NCBI GenBank assembly: GCA_963803805.1
Contig: CAWDOD010000002.1
Location: forward strand, 512,001-576,000
Source: an uncultured cyanobacterium
GTDB taxonomy: Bacteria > Cyanobacteriota > Cyanobacteriia > Cyanobacteriales > CAWCAG01
DNA length: 64,000 nucleotides
Reading direction: 5' to 3'
In this document: in pieces, positions 1 to 10,791 of the stretch
How positions within the stretch are numbered: position 1 is the stretch's first letter
Layout: the number at the start of each line of letters is the position of its first letter
Translations under genes and position numbers: made by a program
The notes under the pieces: model-generated
What the model was told of the DNA's origin: nothing
The model's database searches: none
The model's input: only the letters and a program-made list of their open reading frames with translations

Positions 1-2
1 TC

Positions 3-839
3 CACGAATATAAGCGCCAACTTCTTGATGTACTGCACGTCATCACTCTCTACAACCGCATCAAGAAAAATCCCAACATTGATATTCAACCCCGAACTTT
101 TATTTTCGGAGGCAAAGCGGCCCCCGGTTACTTCACTGCCAAACTGATTATTAAACTAATCAACTCCGTAGCAGAAGTAGTCAACAAAGATCCTGATGTC
201 AGGGGTCGTTTAAAGGTCGTTTTTGTAGCCAATTTTAGCGTCTCCCTTGGTCAGAAAATTTATCCGGCAGCAGACCTTTCTGAGCAAATTTCCACAGCCG
301 GTAAAGAAGCTTCTGGTACAGGTAACATGAAGTTTGCTATGAATGGCGCACTCACTATTGGTACATTAGATGGGGCGAATATCGAGATCCGGGAAGAAGC
401 GGGTGCAGAAAACTTCTTCCTCTTTGGTTTAACGGCTGCTGAAGTACAAGAGATGAAAGCCAAAGGTTATGAACCCATGCACTACTACAGACGTAACCTT
501 GAACTAAAAGCTGTCATTGACCGCATCTCCTCTGGCTACTTCTCCCATGGAGATACCAATCTCTTTAAGCCCCTTGTAGACTCTTTACTCTATGACGACC
601 AATATATGCTGATGGTAGACTACCAATCTTACCTTGACTGTCAAGAACAGGTTAGTGAAGTTTATCAAGATAAAGATAAATGGACAAAGATGTCTATCCT
701 CAACTCTGCTAACATGGGCAAATTCTCTTCTGACCGCACAATTCGAGAATATTGTCAGGATATTTGGCAAGTTAAGCCAGTGAAAATTGAGTTAGATAAG
801 TATGTGCAGGATAATGCTGCTTTGAACGTCAATACTTAA
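3..839 (+). CDS. glgP: glycogen phosphorylase, 3' part (gene starts before window)
   Basis: Frame open from base 3: [49 protein letters not shown] (PLP-lysine motif), GKFSSDRTI. Confidence 0.95.
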   Translation, partial: HEYKRQLLDVLHVITLYNRIKKNPNIDIQPRTFIFGGKAAPGYFTAKLIIKLINSVAEVVNKDPDVRGRLKVVFVANFSVSLGQKIYPAADLSEQISTAGKEASGTGNMKFAMNGALTIGTLDGANIEIREEAGAENFFLFGLTAAEVQEMKAKGYEPMHYYRRNLELKAVIDRISSGYFSHGDTNLFKPLVDSLLYDDQYMLMVDYQSYLDCQEQVSEVYQDKDKWTKMSILNSANMGKFSSDRTIREYCQDIWQVKPVKIELDKYVQDNAALNVNT

Positions 840-867
840 GTTTAGTGATTTCTTAAACAACTTTTTT

Positions 868-908
868 GTCCCCTGAATCCCCTTCTCAAAAAGAGGCAGG
901 GGACTTTT
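868..908 (+). terminator. probable intrinsic terminator
   Basis: GTCCCCTG...CAGGGGAC stem followed by T-run just after the glgP stop. Confidence 0.55.
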
Positions 909-1032
909 ATTTTCCCTTCTTTCCTAGAAGATTAATACTAAAGAAACTTATGGTTAGGGTCGTTCTTTTTATATTTTTTGCCGAAACAGTATTCGCTTCC
1001 CGGTAAAATGGAATGCTCTTGCTAATAATCTT

Positions 1033-1827
1033 ATGTTTCTATACTTATCTAAGTTAATTCCTCTTTTTATCTACCCTTTAGGACTTGCTTGTTTATTATT
1101 ATTTATTGCTCTGATCCTAGCTTGGAAATCTACTCGCTGGGTTCCCATTCCAGTAGGTTTAGCCCTCATGATCTTATTATTATCCAGTAATGGTTGGGTC
1201 AGTAATGAAATTGTGCGATCGCTAGAATGGCAACATTTACCACCCCAAGAAGTTCCTCAAGCTGATGCCATCGTTATTTTAGGTGGTTCAACCAGACCCC
1301 AATCTCAACCCCGCGCCACAGTAGAAATTGCTGAACAAGGGGATCGTGTTATTTATGGTGGTTATTTGTACCAACAAAAAAAAGCGCCCTTAATTATTCC
1401 CGCAGGAGGGAGAATTGCTTGGAAGGGAGGAGGAGATAAATCTGAAGCAGAAGATATGGCTGCTTTATTACAATTGTTAGGCATTCCGACCGAAGATATG
1501 ATCTTAGAAGAAGAATCTTTGAACACCTACGAAAATGCAGTTAATGTGAAGAAGATTTTACAGCAAAATAAACTCAACAAAATTCTTTTAGTCACCTCTG
1601 CCCTCCATATGCCTCGGGCCATAAAAATATTTCAAAATCAAAATATTGAAGCTATTGCTGCCCCAACAGATTTTCTGGTTTCAGAACAATTATTAAAAGA
1701 ACCAAGTAGTAGCACAGAAGCAATTTTCTTGAATATTATTCCTGATGTTGACCATTTAGAATATACAACCAAAGCTATCAAAGAATATATTGGTACAATA
1801 GTTTATCGCTTAAAAGGATGGCTTTAA
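1033..1827 (+). CDS. YdcF/ElyC (DUF218) family membrane protein
   Basis: N-terminal TM helices; DAIVILGG, SEAEDM, SLNTYENA, LLVTSALHMPRA motifs. Confidence 0.9.
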   Translation: MFLYLSKLIPLFIYPLGLACLLLFIALILAWKSTRWVPIPVGLALMILLLSSNGWVSNEIVRSLEWQHLPPQEVPQADAIVILGGSTRPQSQPRATVEIAEQGDRVIYGGYLYQQKKAPLIIPAGGRIAWKGGGDKSEAEDMAALLQLLGIPTEDMILEEESLNTYENAVNVKKILQQNKLNKILLVTSALHMPRAIKIFQNQNIEAIAAPTDFLVSEQLLKEPSSSTEAIFLNIIPDVDHLEYTTKAIKEYIGTIVYRLKGWL

Positions 1828-1867
1828 AGAGATGGGGAAATGGGGAGATGGGGAGATAGAATAAATA

Positions 1868-3424
1868 ATGAGTAAATCTTCCAAGATTGGTTCTAATTAC
1901 TTAACAGAAAAGCAATTAATTCTTGGTCTATTGCTAGGTGCAATTATCCTTTACACTATCTCTGTTGGAAACTTAGCTATTAGAGACTGGGACGAGGGTT
2001 ATTATACAATTGTGGCTAGGGATATGTATCGCACAGGTAACTGGCTTTATCCCACCTATTTAGGTGATCCTTTTTTCCTCAAACCTCCTCTAATGCACTG
2101 GTTAGTAGCCTTAAGCTATTACCTGGGGGGGGTTAATGAGTTTACCTCTCGCTTACCCACTGCCTTACTCAGTGCTGGTAGTATTCCCCTGGTTTATCTC
2201 CTTGGTAAGGAAGTTTTTTCTCAACGTCTCCCTGCCCTCTTTTCTGCCTTAGTTTATCTCACCCTATTACCCGTAGTGCGTAATGGACGTTTAGCTATGT
2301 TAGATGGTATGTCCATTACCTTCTTCCTGATCGCTTTATTGTGCTTAATTAAAGCAAAAAAACAAAAAAAATGGGCCCTGGGTATTGGTATTGCTTTAGG
2401 ATTAATTGGTTTAACAAAAGGTATTTTAGTTTTATTATTAGGAGCGATCGCAGCTATATTCCTCCTAGCCAATGGTCAGTTATTAATATTAGCAAATCCT
2501 TACTTGTGGCTAGGTTTAATTGTCGGTAGCTTACCGTTATTTTCTTGGTATTTTGCCCAATGGCAACATTATGGCGACACCTTCTTACAAATTCATTTTC
2601 AGTCCCAGGGTTTTGAACGTATTAATAATGCAGTTTGGGGAAACACCGGCCCCCCCTGGTTTTATATCTTAGAACTATTAAAATACTCCTTACCCTGGCT
2701 ACTGTTCTTCCCTTCCGGTTTATATCTTGCTTGGCAAAAACGCCATGGTAGTTGGGGAAAACTAGTTTTAATTGGTTTTTGTGGCTATATGGGCATTATT
2801 TCTGTCATGGGAACCAAATTACCTTGGTATATCTTACCTGCCTATATTTTCTTCGCCTTAGCTGTAGGTTCTAGCTTAAGTAAACTTTGGCACTCCCGTC
2901 ACTACCCCCTCTGGTTAACTGTAACCCTAACTTTCCTTTCCCTTGCGGCTATAGGAGGCTTAGTTTACTTTATCTTGGCAGATCCCCAAATCCCTCTAAT
3001 TATCCTAGCCGTAGTAGTCGCTACCACCATGGCTTTAGCCGCATGGCAAGTACAAAAAAATCGTCCCACCTTCATTCCTATACTTTTTGCGGGAACTTAC
3101 CTATCTCTAGGGCTATTAATGATTTCCCAATCTTGGATTTGGGAATTAAACGAAGCCTTCCCCGTTAAACCTGTAGCTACTTTAATCAAAGAAAACACTG
3201 ATCCCCAAATACCTGTTTATATCTCCCATTACGGCAGACCAAGTTTAGAATTTTATAGCGATCGCCTAGTCATCCCCCTTACTAATCAACATCTAGAACA
3301 ACTTTGGCAAAGCAAACCTTACCTACTTCTAGATCAAAATACCCTAGAACAATTCCAGCTACCAGAAAGCCAAAGCTTAGGTACAGCCGCTGGATTTAGT
3401 CTCATTGCCCCGATGGGGAGGTAA
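1868..3424 (+). CDS. ArnT/PMT-like (GT39/GT83) membrane glycosyltransferase
   Basis: DWDEGYY, KPPLMHW, RLPTAL, LTKG motifs; many TM segments. Confidence 0.85.
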   Translation: MSKSSKIGSNYLTEKQLILGLLLGAIILYTISVGNLAIRDWDEGYYTIVARDMYRTGNWLYPTYLGDPFFLKPPLMHWLVALSYYLGGVNEFTSRLPTALLSAGSIPLVYLLGKEVFSQRLPALFSALVYLTLLPVVRNGRLAMLDGMSITFFLIALLCLIKAKKQKKWALGIGIALGLIGLTKGILVLLLGAIAAIFLLANGQLLILANPYLWLGLIVGSLPLFSWYFAQWQHYGDTFLQIHFQSQGFERINNAVWGNTGPPWFYILELLKYSLPWLLFFPSGLYLAWQKRHGSWGKLVLIGFCGYMGIISVMGTKLPWYILPAYIFFALAVGSSLSKLWHSRHYPLWLTVTLTFLSLAAIGGLVYFILADPQIPLIILAVVVATTMALAAWQVQKNRPTFIPILFAGTYLSLGLLMISQSWIWELNEAFPVKPVATLIKENTDPQIPVYISHYGRPSLEFYSDRLVIPLTNQHLEQLWQSKPYLLLDQNTLEQFQLPESQSLGTAAGFSLIAPMGR

Positions 3425-3482
3425 GGAGATCGGGAGACGGGGAGACAGTTGTTTTTTTGAGTAGGAAATTATTCTCAACTTA

Positions 3483-3540
3483 TTGATAATTGATCATTGA
3501 TAATTGATCATTGATAACTAACTGATAACTGATCATTGAT
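3483..3540. repeat. heptamer tandem repeat (TTGATAA/TTGATCA/CTGATAA), STRR-like
   Basis: ttgataattgatcattgataattgatcattgataactaactgataactgatcattgat. Confidence 0.8.
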
Positions 3541-3545
3541 TCTTC

Positions 3546-3866
3546 ATGTCTAACATCTACACCGTTACCATCAATCACCAAGGCCAAACCCATACTATCG
3601 AAGTTCCTGAAAGCCGGACAATTTTAGAAGTAGCTGACGAGGAAAATATTGGGTTGCCGAGTTCCTGCCATGCTGGGGTTTGTACTACCTGTGCTGCTAA
3701 AATCCTTGAAGGAGAGGTAGATCAAAGTGAGGCTATGGGAGTTTCTCCGGAACTACAAGCAGAAGGATATACCTTACTTTGCGTCGCCCATCCTCGCTCT
3801 AACCTTAAATTAGAATCAGATCAAGAAGAAGCTGTCTATCAACGCCAATTCGGTCAATCTTCCTGA
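3546..3866 (+). CDS. plant-type 2Fe-2S ferredoxin
   Basis: LPSSCHAGVCTTC...LLC cluster ligands. Confidence 0.92.
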   Translation: MSNIYTVTINHQGQTHTIEVPESRTILEVADEENIGLPSSCHAGVCTTCAAKILEGEVDQSEAMGVSPELQAEGYTLLCVAHPRSNLKLESDQEEAVYQRQFGQSS

Positions 3867-4035
3867 ACTAACCGTCCTAAAAAGGTTCGGAAAACAGCAC
3901 TTACTCAGAACAGGCAATGGCAAGCACTATATAGGTAGTTAAATAAATTGAAGCGAGCAAACGCTGAATTATTAAACTTAACTCGGTTCGATTTTTCTTA
4001 AACCTAAATTTGTAGTTAAACTAAAACGTACTTCC

Positions 4036-5970
4036 ATGGCAAAAGTTGTTGGCATTGACTTAGGAACCACAAACTCCTGCGTAGCAGTAATGGAAGGTGG
4101 TAAACCCACCGTAATTGCTAACGCAGAAGGATTTCGTACAACACCATCTGTTGTCGCTTACGCAACCAAAAACGGCGATCGCCTAGTTGGTCAAATCGCT
4201 AAGCGTCAGGCGGTAATGAACCCACCAAATACTTTTTACTCTGTTAAACGCTTCATTGGTCGCAAGTTTAATGAAGTAACCAACGAAGCAACAGAAGTTG
4301 CTTACAAAGTTCTTCAAGATAGTAACGGTAACGTCAAGCTAGACTGTCCAGCCTTAAATAAGCAGTTTGCCCCAGAAGAAATTTCTGCTCAAGTACTACG
4401 TAAACTCGTAGAAGATGCTAGTAAATACTTAGGAGAAACTGTAACTGAAGCGGTAATCACCGTCCCTGCTTACTTTAATGACTCTCAGCGTCAAGCAACT
4501 AAAGATGCGGGGAAAGTCGCAGGTATTGAAGTTAAGCGCATCATCAACGAACCTACAGCCGCTTCCTTGGCTTATGGCTTAGACAAACAAGATAACGAAA
4601 CTATCCTTGTCTTTGACTTGGGTGGTGGAACCTTCGACGTTTCCATCCTTGAAGTAGGTGATGGGGTATTTGAAGTATTAGCTACTTCTGGTGATACTCA
4701 CCTTGGTGGTGACGACTTTGATAAGAAGATTGTCGATTATCTAGCAGCCAGTTTTAAGAGTGCAGAAGGAATTGACCTACGTAGCGATAAACAAGCCCTA
4801 CAGCGTCTTACAGAGGCTGCTGAGAAAGCTAAAATCGAGCTATCTAGCGTCACCCAAGCGGAAATCAATCTACCTTTTATTACCGCGACCCAAGATGGTC
4901 CCAAACACTTAGATACCACCATAACTAGAGCCAAATTTGAAGAAATTTGCTCTAATCTCATTGATCGTTGTCGCATTCCTGTTGAACAAGCTGTTAAGGA
5001 TGCCAAAATCGACAAAGCAGCTATCGATGAAGTTGTTATGGTCGGGGGTTCGACGAGAATTCCTGCGGTTAAAGAACTCGTTAAGCGCGTCCTTGACAAA
5101 GAACCCAACCAAGGAGTTAACCCAGATGAAGTCGTAGCTGTGGGTGCTGCTATTCAAGGCGGGGTCTTATCTGGGGAAGTTAAAGATATCCTCCTATTAG
5201 ACGTTACTCCCCTATCTTTAGGTGTAGAAACCTTGGGTGGTGTGATGACCAAAATTATTCCTCGTAACACCACTATTCCCACTAAAAAATCCGAGACTTT
5301 CTCTACTGCTGCTGACGGACAAAGCAATGTAGAAATTCAAGTCCTCCAAGGGGAAAGGGAAATGTCCAAGGATAATAAAAGCTTGGGTAATTTCCGCCTA
5401 GATGGTATTCCTCCCGCACCTCGTGGTGTACCCCAAATTGAAGTTACCTTCGATATAGATGCCAACGGTATCCTTAATGTAACGGCGAAAGATAGGGGTA
5501 CTGGCAAAGAACAGTCTATTAGTATTACTGGTGCTTCTACCCTACCAGATACCGAAGTAGATCGGATGGTCAAAGAGGCAGAAGCTAATGCTAGCGCCGA
5601 TAAAGAACGTCGCGAAAAAATTGAGCGCAAGAACCAAGCTGATTCTCTAGTTTATCAAGCTGGCAAACAAATAGAAGAGTTAGGAGATAAAGTTCCTGCT
5701 GATGATAAAACCAAAGCAGAGGGCCTAATCAAAGAACTCAGTGACGCTGTAGCTAAAGAAGATGATGAGCAAATTCAAAAGCTAACCCCAGAATTACAAC
5801 AATTGCTTTATAGCATTGGTAGTAGTGTCTATCAAGATGCTGGTGGCGGTATGCCTAACCCTGCTGATGCGGCAGGCGCAGGTACTGCCGGTGCTGGTGC
5901 TGCCCCAGGTGCTACTGATGGTGGTGAAGATGTCATTGATGCTGAATTTTCTGAAGACGACAACAAATAG
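4036..5970 (+). CDS. dnaK: chaperone DnaK (Hsp70)
   Basis: [42 protein letters not shown]-terminus. Confidence 0.98.
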   Translation: MAKVVGIDLGTTNSCVAVMEGGKPTVIANAEGFRTTPSVVAYATKNGDRLVGQIAKRQAVMNPPNTFYSVKRFIGRKFNEVTNEATEVAYKVLQDSNGNVKLDCPALNKQFAPEEISAQVLRKLVEDASKYLGETVTEAVITVPAYFNDSQRQATKDAGKVAGIEVKRIINEPTAASLAYGLDKQDNETILVFDLGGGTFDVSILEVGDGVFEVLATSGDTHLGGDDFDKKIVDYLAASFKSAEGIDLRSDKQALQRLTEAAEKAKIELSSVTQAEINLPFITATQDGPKHLDTTITRAKFEEICSNLIDRCRIPVEQAVKDAKIDKAAIDEVVMVGGSTRIPAVKELVKRVLDKEPNQGVNPDEVVAVGAAIQGGVLSGEVKDILLLDVTPLSLGVETLGGVMTKIIPRNTTIPTKKSETFSTAADGQSNVEIQVLQGEREMSKDNKSLGNFRLDGIPPAPRGVPQIEVTFDIDANGILNVTAKDRGTGKEQSISITGASTLPDTEVDRMVKEAEANASADKERREKIERKNQADSLVYQAGKQIEELGDKVPADDKTKAEGLIKELSDAVAKEDDEQIQKLTPELQQLLYSIGSSVYQDAGGGMPNPADAAGAGTAGAGAAPGATDGGEDVIDAEFSEDDNK

Positions 5971-5997
5971 TCACTCAACTGTGTAAAAAATGTGATT

Positions 5998-6032
5998 AGG
6001 TGTGTTGTGCTAAGGTGCAATACACCTTTTTT
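5998..6032 (+). terminator. intrinsic terminator of dnaK
   Basis: AGGTGTGTTGTGC-TAAG-GTGCAATACACCT stem followed by T-run. Confidence 0.75.
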
Positions 6033-6178
6033 CAATTATGCCTACGGTAACGGCGATCTGCACAACCTAATGGCAACCCGTTTTCTAAATATTATCAACA
6101 AACCAGAGTTTAAATTGGGTCGCCCCTCTAAAGGAGATTAGTTAAAATTCAAGTTAAGAATTGGGAGTTGAGTAAATA

Positions 6179-6547
6179 ATGAATAATTTTGGTAATCTAG
6201 TTCAAAGAGCTTTTTATATGGGTGTTGGTATTGCTTCTTTAGCCGGGGAAAAAGCGAAGGAATTACGGGTTCAAGCGCAAAAACTGGCTGACGAAATGGT
6301 TGCGCGAGGGGAAATGAATGCAGAAGAAGCCCGCAAGTTTGTCGATGATGTAGTCAGAAATGCTCAAAAACCCCCAGTAGAACCATCCTCAACTCAGGCA
6401 GCCGATGATCGGGTTAGAGAACCTCGTCAGATTGAAATTGTTTCAGATGATGAAGAATCCTCTAATTCAGATACTGAAAACGTAGATAATCTAAGGGATC
6501 AGGTACAATCTCTACAAGATGAGTTACGTCGCCTTAGAAAAGAATAG
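6179..6547 (+). CDS. phasin-family (PhaF/PhaI-like) protein
   Basis: RAFYMGVGIASLAGEKA...LADEMVARGEM...EARKFVDD; C-terminal coiled coil. Confidence 0.7.
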   Translation: MNNFGNLVQRAFYMGVGIASLAGEKAKELRVQAQKLADEMVARGEMNAEEARKFVDDVVRNAQKPPVEPSSTQAADDRVREPRQIEIVSDDEESSNSDTENVDNLRDQVQSLQDELRRLRKE

Positions 6548-6591
6548 TATCTTAGTTCAGCTAGGATGAAGTAGTTGGCATTTAAAAGCTT

Positions 6592-6999
6592 ATGGAAGAC
6601 TGGTCAAAAGATGCTTTGGAAATATTAGAAACGGTAACTGATGAAGTTGGCCAGTTTTTTCAGTACTTTTCTGATGAATTTGATTTAGTTGCTGATGAGT
6701 TTTATCAGGTAATTACTACAGAAATAGATATTTTTTGCCAAGAAGTATTAGAACCTCTTTTTGGCGGTGAGTTTGAGTTTGAAGAACCAGAAGAAGATCT
6801 CTACTCTTTCCATATTTATACTCCCCTGGTTAATAGATTAGAACCAACAACCAGTAGAAATCCTGCTTGTATTGGCTGTCGTCACTACCATGGTCATGTT
6901 TATAATGGCAATTTACTTGTTTGTGGAATGCACCCCTATGGTTGGGAGGAGGAAAGTTGTCCTGATTGGGAAAAGTTGAAAGACTGGGATTTGGGCTAG
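6592..6999 (+). CDS. conserved hypothetical protein with C-terminal Cys/His motif
   Basis: Acidic N-terminus, then CIGCRHYHG...CGMHPYG...CPDW. Confidence 0.7.
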   Translation: MEDWSKDALEILETVTDEVGQFFQYFSDEFDLVADEFYQVITTEIDIFCQEVLEPLFGGEFEFEEPEEDLYSFHIYTPLVNRLEPTTSRNPACIGCRHYHGHVYNGNLLVCGMHPYGWEEESCPDWEKLKDWDLG

Positions 7000-7065
7000 C
7001 TAATGCCTTTATGTATTCTAGAAGGTGGCCCCGATAGTTAAGACACTGGTTAGCAGCAGTATGGA

Positions 7066-7184
7066 TAAGCTGTCAGGCATTTAATGTACTTATTAGGTTT
7101 GATGGGGAGATAGGGAGATGGGGGGAGGGTTTTAGGGCTGATTTCCTAGTTTAGTAATACACAGTTTAAATGCACATCAGCTTA
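7066..7184. mobile_element. MITE-like element
   Basis: Imperfect terminal inverted repeats TAAGCTGTCAGGCATTTAA / TTTAAATGCACATCAGCTTA; internal GATGGGGA-type repeats. Confidence 0.6.
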
Positions 7185-7246
7185 GCACTATTAAAATCTG
7201 GGGAAGGCCTTAAACAGAGAGTTTCGCTTTGATGGGGAATTATAGA

Positions 7247-7840
7247 CTACCAATCATTTATTATTTCTTTAATAGAGTTAACTTTTTCTGTGTATTCCTG
7301 TTCTTTTAATACTGGCATCATTCCCTCTAAGGAAATTGTTTGTTGTAACTCAAACCAAGAACGACAACCACCATAAGATTGATGGAAAGGAATTATTTGT
7401 GGTTCGGGTAAACGATAAACTCGTAATAATAAAACGTGTAGAGGTTGCTTAGGTTTCCATTGACAACGTTCTTGGATAAATTGCTGATTCCAAATATGAT
7501 AGGGGAACAGCTTTTCAATGAGAGCAACTTCATGAAGGGGTAAGACATCTGTTATCTCAGCCCAGCTACGAAGATGAATAGTTTCTGGATGCCAGCCAGA
7601 AGTTACAGGAGTTACCTGGTTAGCATATTCTGCTTTAAGTAAATGGGGGTTTTGATGCTCGTAGGTGGGGTAAAGGATAACCTGATTATCAGGTACTTGA
7701 AAACTCTTATTCTGTTCACGTATGCCACCTTTACGCAGCAGCATAATTGTCTTTCCGTAGGTTAAAGCATCTACAGCAACAGCCCATTCTTTAAGAGCCT
7801 GTTTCGTGGGAGAAACTGTAGTAAGGGAGATCATTTTCAC
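7247..7840 (-). CDS. DUF1802 family protein
   Basis: ALKEWAVAV...LLRKGGIRE, YPTYEHQ, YGGCRSW. Confidence 0.88.
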   Translation of the reverse strand: MKMISLTTVSPTKQALKEWAVAVDALTYGKTIMLLRKGGIREQNKSFQVPDNQVILYPTYEHQNPHLLKAEYANQVTPVTSGWHPETIHLRSWAEITDVLPLHEVALIEKLFPYHIWNQQFIQERCQWKPKQPLHVLLLRVYRLPEPQIIPFHQSYGGCRSWFELQQTISLEGMMPVLKEQEYTEKVNSIKEIINDW

Positions 7841-7885
7841 CTCAATAACTGTAATAATTAATTAACCAACTTTAGTGCAAATTCT

Positions 7886-8485
7886 ATGGTCCGAGTTTCT
7901 CAAACTGAACTAATTGCTGGGGCGATCGCTGGTCAATTAGTCAGTTTTCCTACAGATACTCTACCAGCTTTAGGGGTAAGACCAGAGAGAGCAGAGCTAA
8001 TCTTTCAGGCTAAGCAACGTCCTCACCATAAGCCTTTAATTTTAATGGGAGCATCTTTAGAGGACTTGTTACCTTATATTGCTGGCAGTGCTTCCCAACT
8101 AAACATCTGGCAACAGGTAGCAAAAAAATATTGGCCAGGGGCCCTTACGTTAGTTTTACCAGCTTCTGAAGCTGTACCCCCAGCTATGAACCCTCAAGAT
8201 CATACTACCATCGGCATCAGAGTTCCTAATCAACCCTTTGCTCAAGAAATCCTCGCTGCCACAGCCCCCCTAGCTACCACCAGCGCAAATTTATCAGGAC
8301 AACCGGCCTTAACCACTATAGATGCAGTTGAAGCTACTTTCCCAGAAGTGCTAACTTGGGAATACCCTGATCTCAAAAACCATACCAATCTTATCAGTGG
8401 TGTGCCTTCCACAGTGGCAAAATGGACAGAAGGAGGTTGGAAAATTTTACGTCAAGGAGCTGTCGAGCTTGAATTGACTAATTAA
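7886..8485 (+). CDS. L-threonylcarbamoyladenylate synthase (TsaC/Sua5/YrdC)
   Basis: FPTDT, K.RP..KPL, WPGALTLV, GIRVP, TTSANLSG, PSTV, LRQGA. Confidence 0.9.
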   Translation: MVRVSQTELIAGAIAGQLVSFPTDTLPALGVRPERAELIFQAKQRPHHKPLILMGASLEDLLPYIAGSASQLNIWQQVAKKYWPGALTLVLPASEAVPPAMNPQDHTTIGIRVPNQPFAQEILAATAPLATTSANLSGQPALTTIDAVEATFPEVLTWEYPDLKNHTNLISGVPSTVAKWTEGGWKILRQGAVELELTN

Positions 8486-8533
8486 GCCCTCGTTATACCA
8501 TTGATCATTTATCATCAAACATCTTTTAAACAT

Positions 8534-9526
8534 ATGCAAGAAATTAGTTGGGTATATCTATTAGTGGGATTAGGATTAGGGATTATTGGCACTCGCTTAA
8601 CAAGTAGAGCCAAACCAGCAAAAAACCCAACTGAAAGTGCAAAGCCAGATCAAGAAGTAGTTATTTCTCAACTAACTGAGCAAACTAAAAACCTGCAACA
8701 ACAGCTTCAACAAACTCAACTAGCCTATCAAATGGCTACCCAGATGAGTTCCTTTAAAGGCGGTTTTTTGGCGCGAACTTCCCACGAATTAAGATCCCCT
8801 CTAAATAGTTTGATTGGTTTGCACCAGCTAATTTTGTCAGGGCTATGTGATAGCCCTGAAGAAGAACGAGAATTTATTGAACAAGCTCACAAATCTGCCC
8901 TGAAGCTGATTAAATTAATTGATGAAATTATTTATGTTTCTAAAGTAGAACATGGTACAAGTCGTTTAGAGATACGTCCTGTAGATTTATCTATACTTCT
9001 AGATAGTCTCACTCATCTTAACCATCTCCAAGCAGCTAATAGCAATGTTAGACTAGGGGTGATTGTTCCTGAATCAGAAGTTTATGTTTTAGCCGACTCT
9101 CAATGTTTACTGCAAATCTTAACGCTTTTGGTTGATACTTCTATTGCTTTTATGGATTCAGGTACAATTTCAGTCTCTGTTTCTCCCCAAAAAGAAGAGT
9201 TTGCAGAAATACTATTGGAGATAGATTCAGAAGAAAATATTTGGTACGAACCTACCAATTTATTAGAGCAGATACCAGAACCAACTGCTGAAATGGCTCG
9301 TTCTTCTTACCAAGAAGCAGCAACAACTCCAGGAATGAAGTTGTTGATAGCTCAAACTTTATTAGAAGCAATGGGAGGTAAATTAAATATCACTATACCC
9401 CCCCAACAAGAAAACTCAAGTTCAACAGTTACACAGCTACAGTGCTTGATTTCTCTCGCTTCTGCTGAAGGTGTAAATCTTGAGTTGGCAGAGGTGGAGT
9501 TGAGCAAGAGTTATAGAGGACCATAG
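8534..9526 (+). CDS. membrane-anchored histidine-kinase-like protein with degenerate ATPase domain (start may be 8501)
   Basis: One TM helix, coiled coil, H-box ARTSHELRSPLN; N/G1/G2 boxes divergent. Confidence 0.8.
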   Translation: MQEISWVYLLVGLGLGIIGTRLTSRAKPAKNPTESAKPDQEVVISQLTEQTKNLQQQLQQTQLAYQMATQMSSFKGGFLARTSHELRSPLNSLIGLHQLILSGLCDSPEEEREFIEQAHKSALKLIKLIDEIIYVSKVEHGTSRLEIRPVDLSILLDSLTHLNHLQAANSNVRLGVIVPESEVYVLADSQCLLQILTLLVDTSIAFMDSGTISVSVSPQKEEFAEILLEIDSEENIWYEPTNLLEQIPEPTAEMARSSYQEAATTPGMKLLIAQTLLEAMGGKLNITIPPQQENSSSTVTQLQCLISLASAEGVNLELAEVELSKSYRGP

Positions 9527-9929
9527 TAGAAGTATTGTTTTCTTCAAAGCCGATATGTTCGTAGAATTTCTGCTGATGAGTTGTCATTAGGTAAACTCGT
9601 TCAACTCTACTGACATGAGGATGGCTTAATACTGTTTCTACTAGTTTTCCTCCCAAACCAAGACCGCGATATTCTGGATGAATGACTACATCCCAAATAG
9701 TGGCGCGGTAAATTCCATCGGAAGTAGCCCTAGCAAAGCCAACTAAACGTTCTCGATCCCAAACGCTAATAACTGGTTCACTATTGGCAATGGCAATTTC
9801 TAAATCCTCTCTAGTACGTTCTTTGGCCCAAAATGCACCAAGTTTAAATAGAGAAAGTAGTTGCTGAAAATCTATTTTTGACTTGCGATCGCAGAATCGG
9901 ATCTGACGACAATCCATCTTTAAACACAT
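9429..9929 (-). CDS. GNAT N-acetyltransferase (start may be 9917)
   Basis: LVGFARATSDG, IWDVVIHPEYRGLGLG, FYEHIGF. Confidence 0.9.
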   Translation of the reverse strand: MCLKMDCRQIRFCDRKSKIDFQQLLSLFKLGAFWAKERTREDLEIAIANSEPVISVWDRERLVGFARATSDGIYRATIWDVVIHPEYRGLGLGGKLVETVLSHPHVSRVERVYLMTTHQQKFYEHIGFEENNTSTMVLYNSCSTPPLPTQDLHLQQKREKSSTVAV

Positions 9930-9967
9930 CCTGATCTTCTAGTTTTTTCGGACTCAGCCAGATTAAA

Positions 9968-9985
9968 TTGTAACTATATTTACAA
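9968..9985. promoter_or_regulatory. candidate NtcA-binding site
   Basis: TTGTAACTATATTTACAA = TGTA-N8-TACA with palindromic flanks, upstream of the GNAT gene. Confidence 0.4.
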
Positions 9986-10029
9986 ATAACGCAAGAGTAA
10001 AACTATAATTTTTGTCAAGATTTATTGAC

Positions 10030-10058
10030 AAAAAAACGGGTGTAGAAATTCTACACCC
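10030..10058 (-). terminator. intrinsic terminator of rplU-rpmA
   Basis: GGGTGTAGAA-A-TTCTACACCC palindrome with a T7 run on the minus strand. Confidence 0.75.
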
Positions 10059-10085
10059 ATTGAGTTTTAATAATAACTTCTACTT

Positions 10086-10361
10086 TTAAGCTGTTACAGC
10101 ATCTTGAGTTGGGGCATAAACGCTGATTTTCTTACGACGCTTATCCTTTCTTTCAAAAGTAACTACACCATCAACCAAGGCAAATAGAGTATCATCTTTG
10201 CCACGACCAACATTATTACCGGGATGATACTTAGTACCGCGTTGACGCACAATAATGCTGCCAGCAGAGACAGCCTCACCGCCATAACGCTTAACCCCTA
10301 ATCGTTTTGAATTGGAGTCGCGACCGTTACGAGTACTACCAGTTCCTTTCTTGTGAGCCAT
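10086..10361 (-). CDS. rpmA: 50S ribosomal protein L27
   Basis: [16 protein letters not shown]. Confidence 0.98.
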   Translation of the reverse strand: MAHKKGTGSTRNGRDSNSKRLGVKRYGGEAVSAGSIIVRQRGTKYHPGNNVGRGKDDTLFALVDGVVTFERKDKRRKKISVYAPTQDAVTA

Positions 10362-10404
10362 TTTTTTCTTCCTTTAACAAACAATAGGTGACAAATAATA
10401 AGAA

Positions 10405-10791
10405 TTACTCTTCTTCCCCAGAAGTGTCTTGTACTGTATCTGCTTCTTCATTAGCTACAGCAGCCAAAACATCTCCATTCATAGTAATAGAATTAATCAT
10501 TAAGCGGGTTAATTCTTGACGATGGCCACGCTTTTTACGAGTTTTCTTCTTCGGTTTCATTTTATAGACAAGAACTTTACGTCCTCGGCTATGACTCATT
10601 ATTGTACCTTCTACAGTAGCTCCTTCTACTATAGGCTGACCGATAGTTACTTGATCTTCGTGGTTAACGAGTAAAACCTGATCAATGCTGTAGCTACTAT
10701 CTTCTTCACCAGTAAGACGATTGATGTCATAAAAACGACCGGGTTCAACTTTCAGTTGACTTCCCCCGATGGCGATAATTGCGTAAGTCAT
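10405..10791 (-). CDS. rplU: 50S ribosomal protein L21
   Basis: YAII..GG.Q, KKRGHRQ; directly upstream of rpmA. Confidence 0.97.
   Translation of the reverse strand: MTYAIIAIGGSQLKVEPGRFYDINRLTGEEDSSYSIDQVLLVNHEDQVTIGQPIVEGATVEGTIMSHSRGRKVLVYKMKPKKKTRKKRGHRQELTRLMINSITMNGDVLAAVANEEADTVQDTSGEEE

Noticed and set aside
4737-6035. Short antisense and alternative-frame ORFs in dnaK (likewise in gnd, gcvP, uvrB, modBC, FHA, SNF2, cysK)
   Set aside because: Shadow ORFs of conserved genes with no recognisable motifs
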